Part shown: positions 18,362 through 27,943 of the stretch, piece after piece
Numbering within the stretch: the first letter of the stretch is position 1
Layout of the letters: the number at the start of each line of letters is the position of its first letter
Origin: Cyanobacteria bacterium auto_48_18
Lineage (GTDB): Bacteria; Cyanobacteriota; Vampirovibrionia; Obscuribacterales; Obscuribacteraceae
Length of the DNA: 64,000 bases
NCBI GenBank assembly: GCA_036170915.1
Contig: JAVHQC010000006.1
Coordinates: 64,001-128,000 of the forward strand
Direction: 5' to 3'
The notes under the pieces: generated by a model
Database searches by the model: none
What the model was told of the DNA's origin: nothing
Seen by the model: only the letters and a program-made list of their open reading frames with translations
Program-made: the position numbers and the translations under genes

Positions 18362-19516
18362 TCAATTGACCTCGCTTTTTACTTTTGTATAAATTTCGAA
18401 CCAGAAAGTACTTCCTTTACCTAATTCGCTTTCCACGCCAATTTGACCGCCATGTAGTTCAACTAGCGAGCGGCTGATAGATAAGCCCAGACCTGTGCCA
18501 CCGGTTCTTCTTTTGTCGGAAGAATCTAATTGTTGGAAAACCTTGAACAATTTAGTCAATTGATCTTTGGGAATTCCTGGCCCTTGATCCAGTACAGAAA
18601 AACGGACGGTGTCGGAGTTGCGAAGTTCCACTCGAATAGTGACAACATCGTCTGCGGCCGAGAATTTAATCGCGTTGTCTACAAGATTGGTCAGTATCTG
18701 TAGAGTTCGATCAATATCTAAATAGACCTCGGCTTTAGTTTGCACTTCCTTTAAAAGTTGTACTTTGGCAGAGCTTGAAAGTGGCTTCACTCCAGTGATT
18801 AATCTATCTACCAGCGCCTCGGGGGAGGTATAGGTTTTGTTCAGTTTAAACTTTCCAGACTCAATCTTTTTCCAATCAAGAATGTCTGAAATTAAACGCA
18901 CCAGTCGTTCAGAATTTTCCAGTGCAATTTCAACCATACGCATTATTTGCGCGTTGGCTTTACCGGCTGAACCATCAGCAATGACACTGAGAGCGCTATT
19001 GATTGCTGTTAGTGGTGTGCGCAACTCATGCGAGATCACCGAGTAAAATTCTGAAACTCTTTTTTCAGCATCTTTGCGAGCTGAAATATCGTTCTGCACT
19101 CCGACAAAGTTTATCAAGCGACCTGATTGATCGTGCACCGGAGATAGTGTCAGCTCATTCCAGAAAAGTGAGCCGTCTCTTCGATAATTGCGCAGCACAG
19201 TAGTGATGGGAATCTCTAAACGCAAGGCTTCACGAATACTCTCAATAGCAACTTGGTCGCGATCGTCTCTTTGTAAAAAGCGGCAATTGCGACCCATTAC
19301 TTGCTCTTTTTTGTATCCTGTAAATTCAAGAAAAGCATCATTGACATAAACAATCGGATTGTCAGCAACTCGCGGATCTGTAATGCAAATGCCATTGCGA
19401 GCAGCTTCCACCGCCCGTTTGAAGAACAAAAGCTGCTCGTCTTCAGGACCGTAAGTGTATGATTTGTCCACGATCGATTCTACTTCTAATTTATTTGAAC
19501 GCTGATGCTGTGACAT
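18362..19516 (-). CDS. LOV-domain (blue-light) sensor histidine kinase
   Basis: LOV motifs DNPIVYVN, GRNCRFLQ, NYRRDG and FVGVQ. HisKA SHELRTPL. HATPase NLVDNAIKF, DQGPGI and GTGLGL. Confidence 0.95.
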   Translation of the reverse strand: MSQHQRSNKLEVESIVDKSYTYGPEDEQLLFFKRAVEAARNGICITDPRVADNPIVYVNDAFLEFTGYKKEQVMGRNCRFLQRDDRDQVAIESIREALRLEIPITTVLRNYRRDGSLFWNELTLSPVHDQSGRLINFVGVQNDISARKDAEKRVSEFYSVISHELRTPLTAINSALSVIADGSAGKANAQIMRMVEIALENSERLVRLISDILDWKKIESGKFKLNKTYTSPEALVDRLITGVKPLSSSAKVQLLKEVQTKAEVYLDIDRTLQILTNLVDNAIKFSAADDVVTIRVELRNSDTVRFSVLDQGPGIPKDQLTKLFKVFQQLDSSDKRRTGGTGLGLSISRSLVELHGGQIGVESELGKGSTFWFEIYTKVKSEVN

Positions 19517-20399
19517 TTTCTACTTTAGGTTTTAACTCATGAGCAATTGCCATTTCTAAATTTGCATGTTCAAATCTAAAACCGGCGTTTTGAAGCTTGG
19601 CCGGCAGCACTCTATTTCCTTCTAACAGCATTTCTTGAGCCATGTCGCCCAAGATAAGTTTCAACCCGAAGGCTGGCGCAGGCAAGATAGCTGGTCTATG
19701 CAAGACTTTCGCCATTGCTTTAGTGAATTCAGCGTTGGTCGCCGGTTCTGGAGCAGTTAGGTTGACGGGCCCTTCAATATTGTTTTCAAGGAGAAAGGCA
19801 ATGGCGCTGACCACGTCGTCTAGCGCAATCCAGCTCATATACTGGCGGCCGGAACCCAACACACCTCCAGCACCCAGCTGGAAGGGCAGTAGCATCTTGT
19901 TCAAAGCGCCGCCGTCTTTGCTAAGAATGGGACCAAGCCGCGCTAATACTACTCTCAAACCCGGACGTTTGGCACTTTTTGTGGCTTCTTCCCATTTCTG
20001 GCATGTACTGGCGAGAAAACCGCTACCAGCGGTGCTCTCTTCTGTAAGCTTTTCGTCGCCGCGATTACCGTAGATGCCTACCGCCGATGCATTGATGAAT
20101 ACTGTGGGGCCAAGAGTCTGCGCCAATGTATTAGCTAAAAAAGATGTGGTGTTGACCCGACTGTCGACAATCAGTTTTTTCTGATCTTCATCCCAGCGTT
20201 TGGCTGCAATATTTTCCCCCGCCATATTGATGACGGCATCAAAATCTTGCATACTCTCGGGTGTGACATCAACAAAAGCGTCAGTGGCGCCACCATTGGG
20301 TTTGCGCCTGAGGGCAATGACTGTGTGACCATTTTTGTTGAGATAACTGGTGAGGGCTTTGCCTACCATTCCACTGGCGCCGGCTATGGCAACTTTCAT
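19491..20399 (-). CDS. TIGR01777-family epimerase/oxidoreductase (YfcH-like)
   Basis: MKVAIAGASGMVG, INMAGENI..RW, SRVNTT, ASAVGIYG and GSGRQYMSWI. The start was reassigned to the ATG at 20399. Confidence 0.92.
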   Translation of the reverse strand: MKVAIAGASGMVGKALTSYLNKNGHTVIALRRKPNGGATDAFVDVTPESMQDFDAVINMAGENIAAKRWDEDQKKLIVDSRVNTTSFLANTLAQTLGPTVFINASAVGIYGNRGDEKLTEESTAGSGFLASTCQKWEEATKSAKRPGLRVVLARLGPILSKDGGALNKMLLPFQLGAGGVLGSGRQYMSWIALDDVVSAIAFLLENNIEGPVNLTAPEPATNAEFTKAMAKVLHRPAILPAPAFGLKLILGDMAQEMLLEGNRVLPAKLQNAGFRFEHANLEMAIAHELKPKVENVTASAFK

Positions 20400-20513
20400 A
20401 CTTTTTCTCCGCTGTGCATCACAACTACCAAAATAGACCCTGACTGTGAATATGCAGTGAACGCATTGTTGAGTCAGACGGGTGGCTGTCCATCCTGGTA
20501 TCATTTTGCCCAT

Positions 20514-21218
20514 ATGGCCAAGATCTTACTAGTAGAAGACGATGCCGCACTGGCTGAAGTGACCAAATTTGGGCTTGAAAGCCAGGGTCACATGGTGCAG
20601 ATTGCCACGAACGGCGATGACGCCTTGGTGAATTTGCGGGTCAACAAGTATGACCTGGTGGTTTTAGACTGGATGATGCCGGATCTTACTGGCATTGAAG
20701 TGCTGCAGGGCTACCGAGGCCAGGGCGGCAAGACGCCGGTTTTGATGTTGACCGCCAAAACGCGGTTGGAAGATAAAGAAGCTGGTCTCGACGCCGGGGC
20801 CGATGATTATTTGACCAAGCCTTTTGAGCATCGGGAATTGCAGGCCCGCGTGCGCGCACTTTTGCGGCGGCCCACATCGCTGGCTAATACCGTTTTGACT
20901 GTGAATGGCATCACCTTGGACCCTGCCACCTGCCAGGTGACCAAAGACGGCGAGGCAATTAAGCTGCGGCCCAAAGTCTACAGCCTGCTCGAGTTTCTGA
21001 TGCGTCACCAGAATCAGGTCTTTTCAGCTGATGCCATTCTGGAGAGGGTCTGGCTTGACGACGCCATGGTTTCGACCGATACGGTGCGCGCGCATTTTAA
21101 GCTGTTGCGCAAAAGTCTTGGCATTAAAGAGGGCAGCATTATCAAAACCGTACGTAACCGCGGTTATATGCTAGTGCCTGATGGTGACAAAGCTTCAGCC
21201 GATCAGTTGGAGAATTGA
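20514..21218 (+). CDS. OmpR/PhoB-family response regulator
   Basis: MAKILLVEDD, LDWMMP, MLTAK, GADDYLTKPF and winged-helix IKTVRNRGY. The start was reassigned to the ATG at 20514. Confidence 0.95.
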   Translation: MAKILLVEDDAALAEVTKFGLESQGHMVQIATNGDDALVNLRVNKYDLVVLDWMMPDLTGIEVLQGYRGQGGKTPVLMLTAKTRLEDKEAGLDAGADDYLTKPFEHRELQARVRALLRRPTSLANTVLTVNGITLDPATCQVTKDGEAIKLRPKVYSLLEFLMRHQNQVFSADAILERVWLDDAMVSTDTVRAHFKLLRKSLGIKEGSIIKTVRNRGYMLVPDGDKASADQLEN

Positions 21219-21291
21219 GCGCGGTTTGAGCGTTTGTGCATCTTGGTATAAAGGAGGCGGGCATAAGGGTTGTGCCTGGAAAGAGGCGAAT

Positions 21292-21738
21292 ATGGCACAT
21301 TTAGTCCTGTTGAAAGAGCTGTCGCAGAAAGCTTTAGTCTTGGCCGCTCTGGGGATAATCAGCCTGCCGCTGACGCCGGCCCACGCCGAGTCTAAGACCG
21401 ATAAAAAAGCTCACCCTGGCTACGACGCCCGTGTGGTCATGGTCTTCGACCGTGAGTGCAGCGTCTGGTGCGGTGAAGTGAAGCCAATTTTGTCGAGTTT
21501 GCAAAGTGAATACAAAAAAGTGGAGTTTGTTTCGCTTGATACTTCGAAAGAAGGTTTGCCAGACAGTAAAAGCACGGCCAAAACCATGGGCATTTCTAAG
21601 TTTCTTTCTGAAAATGTTGATTATGCGCCAGTGATAGGCGTTTTTTCGGCTAAAGGTAAGTTGGTTAAAGAGCTTGTCGGACCAAAGAAGAAAGAAATTT
21701 ATTTAGCCGCCATCAGCCAGGCGCTATCTGCCAAATAA
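21292..21738 (+). CDS. Secreted thioredoxin-fold protein (CxxxC variant)
   Basis: Signal peptide (..TPAHA), VVMVFDRECSVWCGEVKPIL and a YAPVIGVF cis-Pro-like segment. Confidence 0.65.
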   Translation: MAHLVLLKELSQKALVLAALGIISLPLTPAHAESKTDKKAHPGYDARVVMVFDRECSVWCGEVKPILSSLQSEYKKVEFVSLDTSKEGLPDSKSTAKTMGISKFLSENVDYAPVIGVFSAKGKLVKELVGPKKKEIYLAAISQALSAK

Positions 21739-23715
21739 ATGTCTACTGTTCAAACTGACCAATACATAAACCAGCGTCTTGTGACTTTTGCTAAGTGGCT
21801 GGCAGTAGCTCTTGTGGGCATTGCCACCATATTAGGTGCGTGCATCACATATGGCTGGGTACTCGACGCTGAAATATGCAAGCACATGTTTATGAGCGGC
21901 CCGGTTATCTGGTCGAGCGTCGGCATTAACACCGTCTTGCTAGCAACGGTGCTCAGCCTGCTGATTGCCTGTTTTCAACTACCGCTTTCTGCCAAAGTTG
22001 TGTTCGGCTGCAAAGTGGTGGGCAGCGTCTTGTGCTTTATTGTCTTCGCCAGCGCTCTTAGTACGGTAATTGAAACCCTAGGCGGATTAGATCTGGGTTT
22101 GAACCACATATGGTATCGCCCTTCAGAAGACTCAAGTGGTTTATCGTACCCAGGACCGATGACACCTGATGTCTCTCTGGCATTCATTGCACTGAGTGTC
22201 GCTTTATTTATACAGACATGGTTAAGTGTGAGCAAAATTGAGATTGCCCAGTGGTTGTGTGTTATTGCTTTAGGCGTAACTTCTTTACCATTGGTGGGTG
22301 CCATGAGTGGTGCTGAATCGCTCTGCACTTTCTTCGGTTGCTTGCGAATGTCAGAAGCAATCTCGATTCTTTTCATTTTGCTTTCAGGTTCATGCTTTTT
22401 GCTCAGGCCAGATCAAGGACTATCGGCCTTTCTCTGGTCTTACTCTGCTGCCGGTCTGGTGGCACGGCGTGCGGCTCTTCTTGTGATTTTTTTGCCTGCG
22501 CTATTCGGTTTGCGATTTGCGCTGGTGCACTACAAAATTGTGGACAATTCTCTTGGCTGGGTGGCTTTCGGAGTTGGTGGGCTGTCACTGGCGATTGCTC
22601 TAGTGGTCAGTGGTGTCAGATCGGCCGAACAACTAATGACCTCGGCAGTACGTGTGTCACCAGCACTGGTGGCGCCGTCATCTGAGGCCTCAGGGAACTC
22701 GATTCAAAGTTTTGGTACCGGATCTTTTATGGGTATCGACGGGCTTATACAAGCTCCGGTGCCTAGCGACCGAGTGCGAAAGGTGTGCCTCGCCTGCGAA
22801 GTAGAATTTTCAAAGTATGAGGACGTCTGCCCTGAGTGCGAATCAGCACTGACGCGCATGATTGATAAGTCGCTGGTGGGCCAACTTTTTGCTGATAAGT
22901 ACGAAGTAGTGTGGGCTCTTGGTGATGGTGGCATGGCCAGTGTTTATCTGGCAAAGCATGTGTATACCAAGCAAGATGTGGCCATCAAAGTTTTGCATGC
23001 ATCGCTTGCTGGAAATATTCATGGTGTCAAACGTTTTCAGCAAGAGGCAAAAGCTCTGGGTACGCTTAACCATCCCAATATTGTAGGTGTGAAAGACTTT
23101 GGTTTCACCACTGATGGTGAGGCCTTTCTAGCGATGGAATATGTCAAAGGCACCGCTCTCAGTGACTTAATTAGCAAGCAAAAGAGTTTGACTATGTACG
23201 ACACTGCTTTGATCATGGTGCAGGTCTGCGAAGCTCTGCTGCATGCGCATGGTGCGGGCATAATTCACCGCGACCTCAAGCCTTCTAACATTATGTGCAG
23301 CCCTGACGGTCATGGTGGCTATGACGTCAAGGTCGTAGATTTTGGCCTGGCAAAAATGTCTGGGCGCGATGATCCTGACATGATAAAACTCACCCAGACT
23401 GGTGACTGTCAGGGCAGCCCACCTTATATGAGCCCAGAGCAATGCACTGCTAAGCCAGTGGATTATCGCAGCGATATTTACTCGCTGGGTTGTATTGTTT
23501 TTGAATGTCTGGTCGGCACGCCGCCATTCTTATCTACAAGTGTTTTTGAAACAATGACAATGCACGTAAGCACCCCAGCACCAGGCTTTCCGCCGAACAT
23601 GCCGATTCCTCAAGAGGTTCGTTCTATGGTTTCGATCGCTTTAGAAAAGAATCCGGAAGCGCGGCAGAAATCGGTTGATGAAATTCAGTCAGTGCTAGTT
23701 TCTGTAATTTCGTGA
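21739..23715 (+). CDS. Multi-TM Ser/Thr kinase with a zinc ribbon
   Basis: About 7 TM helices, CLAC...CPEC, and kinase motifs GDGGMA, VAIK, HRDLKPSN, DFG and GSPPYMSPE. Confidence 0.92.
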   Translation: MSTVQTDQYINQRLVTFAKWLAVALVGIATILGACITYGWVLDAEICKHMFMSGPVIWSSVGINTVLLATVLSLLIACFQLPLSAKVVFGCKVVGSVLCFIVFASALSTVIETLGGLDLGLNHIWYRPSEDSSGLSYPGPMTPDVSLAFIALSVALFIQTWLSVSKIEIAQWLCVIALGVTSLPLVGAMSGAESLCTFFGCLRMSEAISILFILLSGSCFLLRPDQGLSAFLWSYSAAGLVARRAALLVIFLPALFGLRFALVHYKIVDNSLGWVAFGVGGLSLAIALVVSGVRSAEQLMTSAVRVSPALVAPSSEASGNSIQSFGTGSFMGIDGLIQAPVPSDRVRKVCLACEVEFSKYEDVCPECESALTRMIDKSLVGQLFADKYEVVWALGDGGMASVYLAKHVYTKQDVAIKVLHASLAGNIHGVKRFQQEAKALGTLNHPNIVGVKDFGFTTDGEAFLAMEYVKGTALSDLISKQKSLTMYDTALIMVQVCEALLHAHGAGIIHRDLKPSNIMCSPDGHGGYDVKVVDFGLAKMSGRDDPDMIKLTQTGDCQGSPPYMSPEQCTAKPVDYRSDIYSLGCIVFECLVGTPPFLSTSVFETMTMHVSTPAPGFPPNMPIPQEVRSMVSIALEKNPEARQKSVDEIQSVLVSVIS

Positions 23716-23764
23716 GCTTTTCGAAGGCGTTATAATGGTGCTGTTAAGCTGGTGAGAGTTTCGT

Positions 23765-24376
23765 ATGAAATTGCTTGTTGTGGCATTTACGGTTTGCGCT
23801 TTGTTGCTGGGCTCGTCGGTTTCGGCTGCTGAATCTTCAAATGCTCAAGCGGAGTTGGCTCGGATTGAAGCGCAGCTAGCGAAGAATCCCGGTGATGTAG
23901 ATTTGCAGGTGAACCGCGGCATTGTCTTGGGTGAGCTGAGACGCTATGAAGATGAAATTGCGCAGGCAAATAAGCTGATAGCTAACAAGGTGTCTCTACG
24001 AAAAGCGTATTTGATGCAGGAGCATGGTTATGCTGGCCTGGAAAAGTTTGACAGAGCACTACAATCTTTGGAAATGGCATTTAATTACGAAAAGCCCTCG
24101 ACGGCTGAGCTCTTGTTAAATATCGATTTGCTAATTGAAAACGGAAAATACAAAGATGGTCTCAAACTAGCTTCTGATCTGATAGGTAGAGAACCTCGTA
24201 ATGCTGAGGCGTACGTATGTCGTGCGGATTGTTACTTTCACATCTTTGGACCCTGTCAGCAAGCAATAAAGGACTTGGAGGTTAGCCTCGCTTTGAACCC
24301 GTCGCGTGAAAGTACCAATTCGCTTTTAACCGAAATGAGAAGGAGATTGTCGCTTAAGAATAAGGTTTCGCCTTAA
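23765..24376 (+). CDS. Secreted TPR protein
   Basis: Signal peptide and TPR-like helical repeats (AYVCRADCY..AIKDLEVSLALNP). Confidence 0.75.
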   Translation: MKLLVVAFTVCALLLGSSVSAAESSNAQAELARIEAQLAKNPGDVDLQVNRGIVLGELRRYEDEIAQANKLIANKVSLRKAYLMQEHGYAGLEKFDRALQSLEMAFNYEKPSTAELLLNIDLLIENGKYKDGLKLASDLIGREPRNAEAYVCRADCYFHIFGPCQQAIKDLEVSLALNPSRESTNSLLTEMRRRLSLKNKVSP

Positions 24377-24455
24377 AAGAACAGTTATCAGATTGCTTTG
24401 AATTGGGCAAAATAACTTCAGGTACGGCCTCCTTGCAGTTAATTGGTGAGCTGAA

Positions 24456-27011
24456 GTGGACAAACCAGGAGAACCGCCAAAGAAACTAGATGATCTGCAG
24501 AGTTCGGACGATCCATTCGCCTCTGTTCGAAAAGCTAGGTTTGATGGATCTGAACAAAAAGCTGGGAAGGACACAACAGCAATCCATGATTCGTCTAATG
24601 CCGAGTCTGGCAATGCTAAACCTTTAGATGTTCAAAGCAAATATTCAGATGGTGTGAATCCGTCGGCGTTAGACAGTAAGAGTCATCCTCAGTCCTCCGA
24701 GCCACCCCAATCTAAAGAAATCCTCCCGGCCCAACGCACTGAATCTAAGCCTGCCCCAACAGAGACCTCGGCCCAACACGCTCCCATTCGAACCGAGCAA
24801 GAACATCCCCAATCGTCGGCAAAAGCCCAACCAAACGAACAGACACTAGTCCAGTCGCAATCACAACGCTCTCTTCCCAGCAGCGAACAGGCGTCACCCA
24901 CTGACAAACAGGTCAAGCAAACTCAACCGTTAACGGTTGAGCAATCTGCAGGTGACGTTGCGCGACCAGCAAAACCCATAGAGCCTTCATCACGATCGCT
25001 CGACACGCCCAAGCAGTCAGAAAATTCAAAAGCAGAAGTTCAGCGTCCTGCAGAGAGGCCTGCCGAGATTTCGAAGTCAGAAAATCAGTCGCCCAACGGC
25101 CAATCTGCACTTAAATCAATTTCTGTGGCAGATTTGCGAGCTGGCAGTCTTGTTAGTTTGCCCATTCCCGAACACCGTTCTGATCCCGTATTGCCGACGA
25201 AGCAGGTTCTTGAAGACAATCGTAAGGCCCCAGCCATAGAAAGTCGCCCAGCAACAGAGATTGCATCTAATTCGAGCAGGCTGCCACCTGGAATTGCAGA
25301 GCCCGTGAAGCTCGATGCAGCGCGTGACTTAAAGGTAGAAACTTTAAAACTTGATGGAAATTCCAACGCAAAAGTAGAAAATACACGACTTCCGCAAGTT
25401 TCTCCCACTGAAGGAAAAATTGCCGAAGCTGCCAAGCCAAAAACTGAATTGACCGAGAATGTCCGATCGCCATTCGAAGGTAAAATTCCCGAAGGAAAAA
25501 TTGCAGACGGAAAGCAAAGTGAAAAGAATGACAAATCTGAATTTATCAAATCCGAATCTAACAAAGCCGACAAGTCAGATAGATCAGAAATAAAAACCGA
25601 GAAAGGTGATACCAAGGGCGATAAGATTACCGGCAATAAAAGCTCAGGTGGCTCGTCAGGGCCTTCTGCTTTCATTCAATTTATCGAAAGTCAGGCGGGC
25701 ATCAGAGGGGGCAAACCGGCGTCGGACAAAACAGACAAATCGGACAAATCCGACAAACCAGACAAATCCGCTATAACAAACAAAACCGACAAATCGGACA
25801 AGACGCAAAAAGAACAAGGGTCAGAGAACAAGTCAGAGCCGTCTACAAAGAATGTCGGCAATAAAATTCCAGATTCTATAAAAATCGATGCCACCAAATC
25901 TGGTGCTGATCGAACTCAGGCTTCCGGTGCTGAGGGTGCAAAGATAGCAGGGGTTAAACTTGATGGAATCAAATCAAGCGTAGATGGGCTACTTGGCCTG
26001 GTAGACACAGTCAAAGAAAATATAAAGAGCACGCTAAAGGGTCAGGTTGATCGCGCTCAAGTTAGTCTTAAGCCAGGCGAGTTTGTGGCATTCACTCAAA
26101 AAGATCGCGTACCACCACTAAAAAGTGAAATATATTCCTCTGCTGAAATCATTGCTGTACTTATTCCATCACACCTCGTCAAATGGAGCATTGTTCGCGC
26201 ACCCAACATAAAGCCTTCTGACGTTTCTCCTCAACCGCCGAAGAACAAATCTTCGCGCGCGCAGGTTGTTCGAACAGCCGACCAGAAGCCTTCGCCGAAA
26301 TCTCCAGAGGGAAAGACTCCCGAGCAGAAACCTTTTGATATAAATAATCCACCTGATAAAAGTCGTCCGTTCATTCAGTTGCACGGAGTTGACAGTGAAT
26401 ACAGTGCAGGCAGACAGCCACTTCCACAGAGAAGGCCAGTAGTAAAGATTGAGCAGCCTGAACAGCCACCCAAGTCAGACGCGGTCAAGGTAATTTCTAC
26501 TGAAGCTACTCCATGGTTGGATGTGCCTGACGCCAGTCAGAAAACTCAAGATGATCAAAGTTCGACTCGGCCTGCAATTAACGCGGCTTTGGCCGAAAAA
26601 CGCAAAGTAGTAGAAGCGCAAGAGCATACGCTGCCAACTCTGGCCGACGAGTCTTCCACCAACTCGAAGCCTTTGCCTGCTTCCGATCTTTCATCACCTG
26701 GTAAGGATGATCGACGCACCGTTTACGTTAACAAAGAAATCGACGCCCAAGAAAGCACCTGGTCCAGCGACGACGAATCTACTGAGCCTGTGCGGCCAAT
26801 GCACCGTTATGCATACGTAGTGCGACCAGGTGACACGGTTGAATCCGTCGCTGTGACTGAGTTAAATGATTTGAGTTTGGCACCACTCCTGTACGGCAAA
26901 AACCGCAAGTATGTTTTGTCTGAAATTGCGTATGGTGTTCACCCCTTCCTTGAGGGGGCTGTGATTGACTTGCCAACACCGGCAGAAATTGCAGCATTTC
27001 GGCAACTGTGA
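24456..27011 (+). CDS. Large low-complexity protein with a C-terminal LysM-like domain
   Basis: S/P/K/Q-rich disordered body. The C-terminus reads YVVRPGDTVESVA...GAVIDLPT. Confidence 0.7.
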   Translation: MDKPGEPPKKLDDLQSSDDPFASVRKARFDGSEQKAGKDTTAIHDSSNAESGNAKPLDVQSKYSDGVNPSALDSKSHPQSSEPPQSKEILPAQRTESKPAPTETSAQHAPIRTEQEHPQSSAKAQPNEQTLVQSQSQRSLPSSEQASPTDKQVKQTQPLTVEQSAGDVARPAKPIEPSSRSLDTPKQSENSKAEVQRPAERPAEISKSENQSPNGQSALKSISVADLRAGSLVSLPIPEHRSDPVLPTKQVLEDNRKAPAIESRPATEIASNSSRLPPGIAEPVKLDAARDLKVETLKLDGNSNAKVENTRLPQVSPTEGKIAEAAKPKTELTENVRSPFEGKIPEGKIADGKQSEKNDKSEFIKSESNKADKSDRSEIKTEKGDTKGDKITGNKSSGGSSGPSAFIQFIESQAGIRGGKPASDKTDKSDKSDKPDKSAITNKTDKSDKTQKEQGSENKSEPSTKNVGNKIPDSIKIDATKSGADRTQASGAEGAKIAGVKLDGIKSSVDGLLGLVDTVKENIKSTLKGQVDRAQVSLKPGEFVAFTQKDRVPPLKSEIYSSAEIIAVLIPSHLVKWSIVRAPNIKPSDVSPQPPKNKSSRAQVVRTADQKPSPKSPEGKTPEQKPFDINNPPDKSRPFIQLHGVDSEYSAGRQPLPQRRPVVKIEQPEQPPKSDAVKVISTEATPWLDVPDASQKTQDDQSSTRPAINAALAEKRKVVEAQEHTLPTLADESSTNSKPLPASDLSSPGKDDRRTVYVNKEIDAQESTWSSDDESTEPVRPMHRYAYVVRPGDTVESVAVTELNDLSLAPLLYGKNRKYVLSEIAYGVHPFLEGAVIDLPTPAEIAAFRQL
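25722..25802 (+). repeat. Intragenic 9-nt repeats encoding (S/T/P)DK
   Basis: Sequence reads tcggacaaa acagacaaa tcggacaaa tccgacaaa ccagacaaa, with two further units after a short interruption. Confidence 0.75.
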
Positions 27012-27931
27012 GTAGAAGCCTTTTTGATTTTCGCTTTATTTCTGACCTTTAGTGTGGCGTTTTCTTGTAGTCCTTGCAAGCACAAAAGGCTAACGTCACC
27101 GCGTCTACTCGGATACTTTCTGATCAACTCTAAAGCTGTATTATATTCCAGATTTGATTTGTCATAATCGTATTTCTTAGCAAAACAACGACCTAACTCA
27201 TAGTGGCAGCGTGACCACGACCAGCGAAGGTCAGGCGCGTTCTTTGATAATTGCAGTATTTGCTTGGCTTGCTTTTCTGATTTGTCAAATTCATTAGTAG
27301 TGCCATATAGTGATGTCAAAACTAGTTGATCATTAATCAACTGATCAGTTTTAAATCGTGAGAAATTCTTCTCTATTTCGATAGCAGATTTTATGTAACT
27401 GATGGCGCTGCGGTCATCACCATGGTTGTGAGCATAAATAGCTAAATCGCGATATGAAATGTATACCCTCGGATGATGAGGATCAATGCGTTTACGTAGC
27501 TGCAGCGCGTGTATGAGGCACTCTTTCGTGTTTTGTTTGAGCGCTAAATTGCGATAAGAGTCAGCAAATTCGTCCATTTCCACTAGCAGCTCTCGATCTT
27601 CCTTAAGGCGGCTAGCAGCAAGTTTCACAACTTCTTTAAAGGTGTGTTCAGCCTTGTCCATCTGACCAGTGTCTAAGAGAATACAAGCAATGCGGATGCG
27701 AGAGCGAAGTATAAATGGGCTGTGCGGATCCTGCCGCATTTTTTCAGCAATAAGTTGTTCATAGAGAGCAATGGCTTTTTTCGGCAACTGCTGGTTTTTT
27801 GCTGAATTCGCCTCAAGAAACAAAAGTGGCTGTCTATCGCCGTCGCTTGCACTTGAAGCGATAGCAGAATTAATTAGCACCAGCATTATTGAAAGAGCTT
27901 TGGCGAGAGTCGACGCAAGATAAATTCTCAT
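26939..27931 (-). CDS. Secreted TPR protein
   Basis: Signal peptide and TPR-like repeats. It has a 73-nt convergent overlap with the LysM gene. Confidence 0.72.
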   Translation of the reverse strand: MRIYLASTLAKALSIMLVLINSAIASSASDGDRQPLLFLEANSAKNQQLPKKAIALYEQLIAEKMRQDPHSPFILRSRIRIACILLDTGQMDKAEHTFKEVVKLAASRLKEDRELLVEMDEFADSYRNLALKQNTKECLIHALQLRKRIDPHHPRVYISYRDLAIYAHNHGDDRSAISYIKSAIEIEKNFSRFKTDQLINDQLVLTSLYGTTNEFDKSEKQAKQILQLSKNAPDLRWSWSRCHYELGRCFAKKYDYDKSNLEYNTALELIRKYPSRRGDVSLLCLQGLQENATLKVRNKAKIKKASTHSCRNAAISAGVGKSITAPSRKG

Positions 27932-27943
27932 GGCAGCCTCAGC

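Noticed and set aside
20247..20513. Long N-terminal extensions of the response regulator and TIGR01777 ORFs in the ORF track
   Set aside because: The extensions overlap each other. Family-typical starts are at 20514 and 20399.
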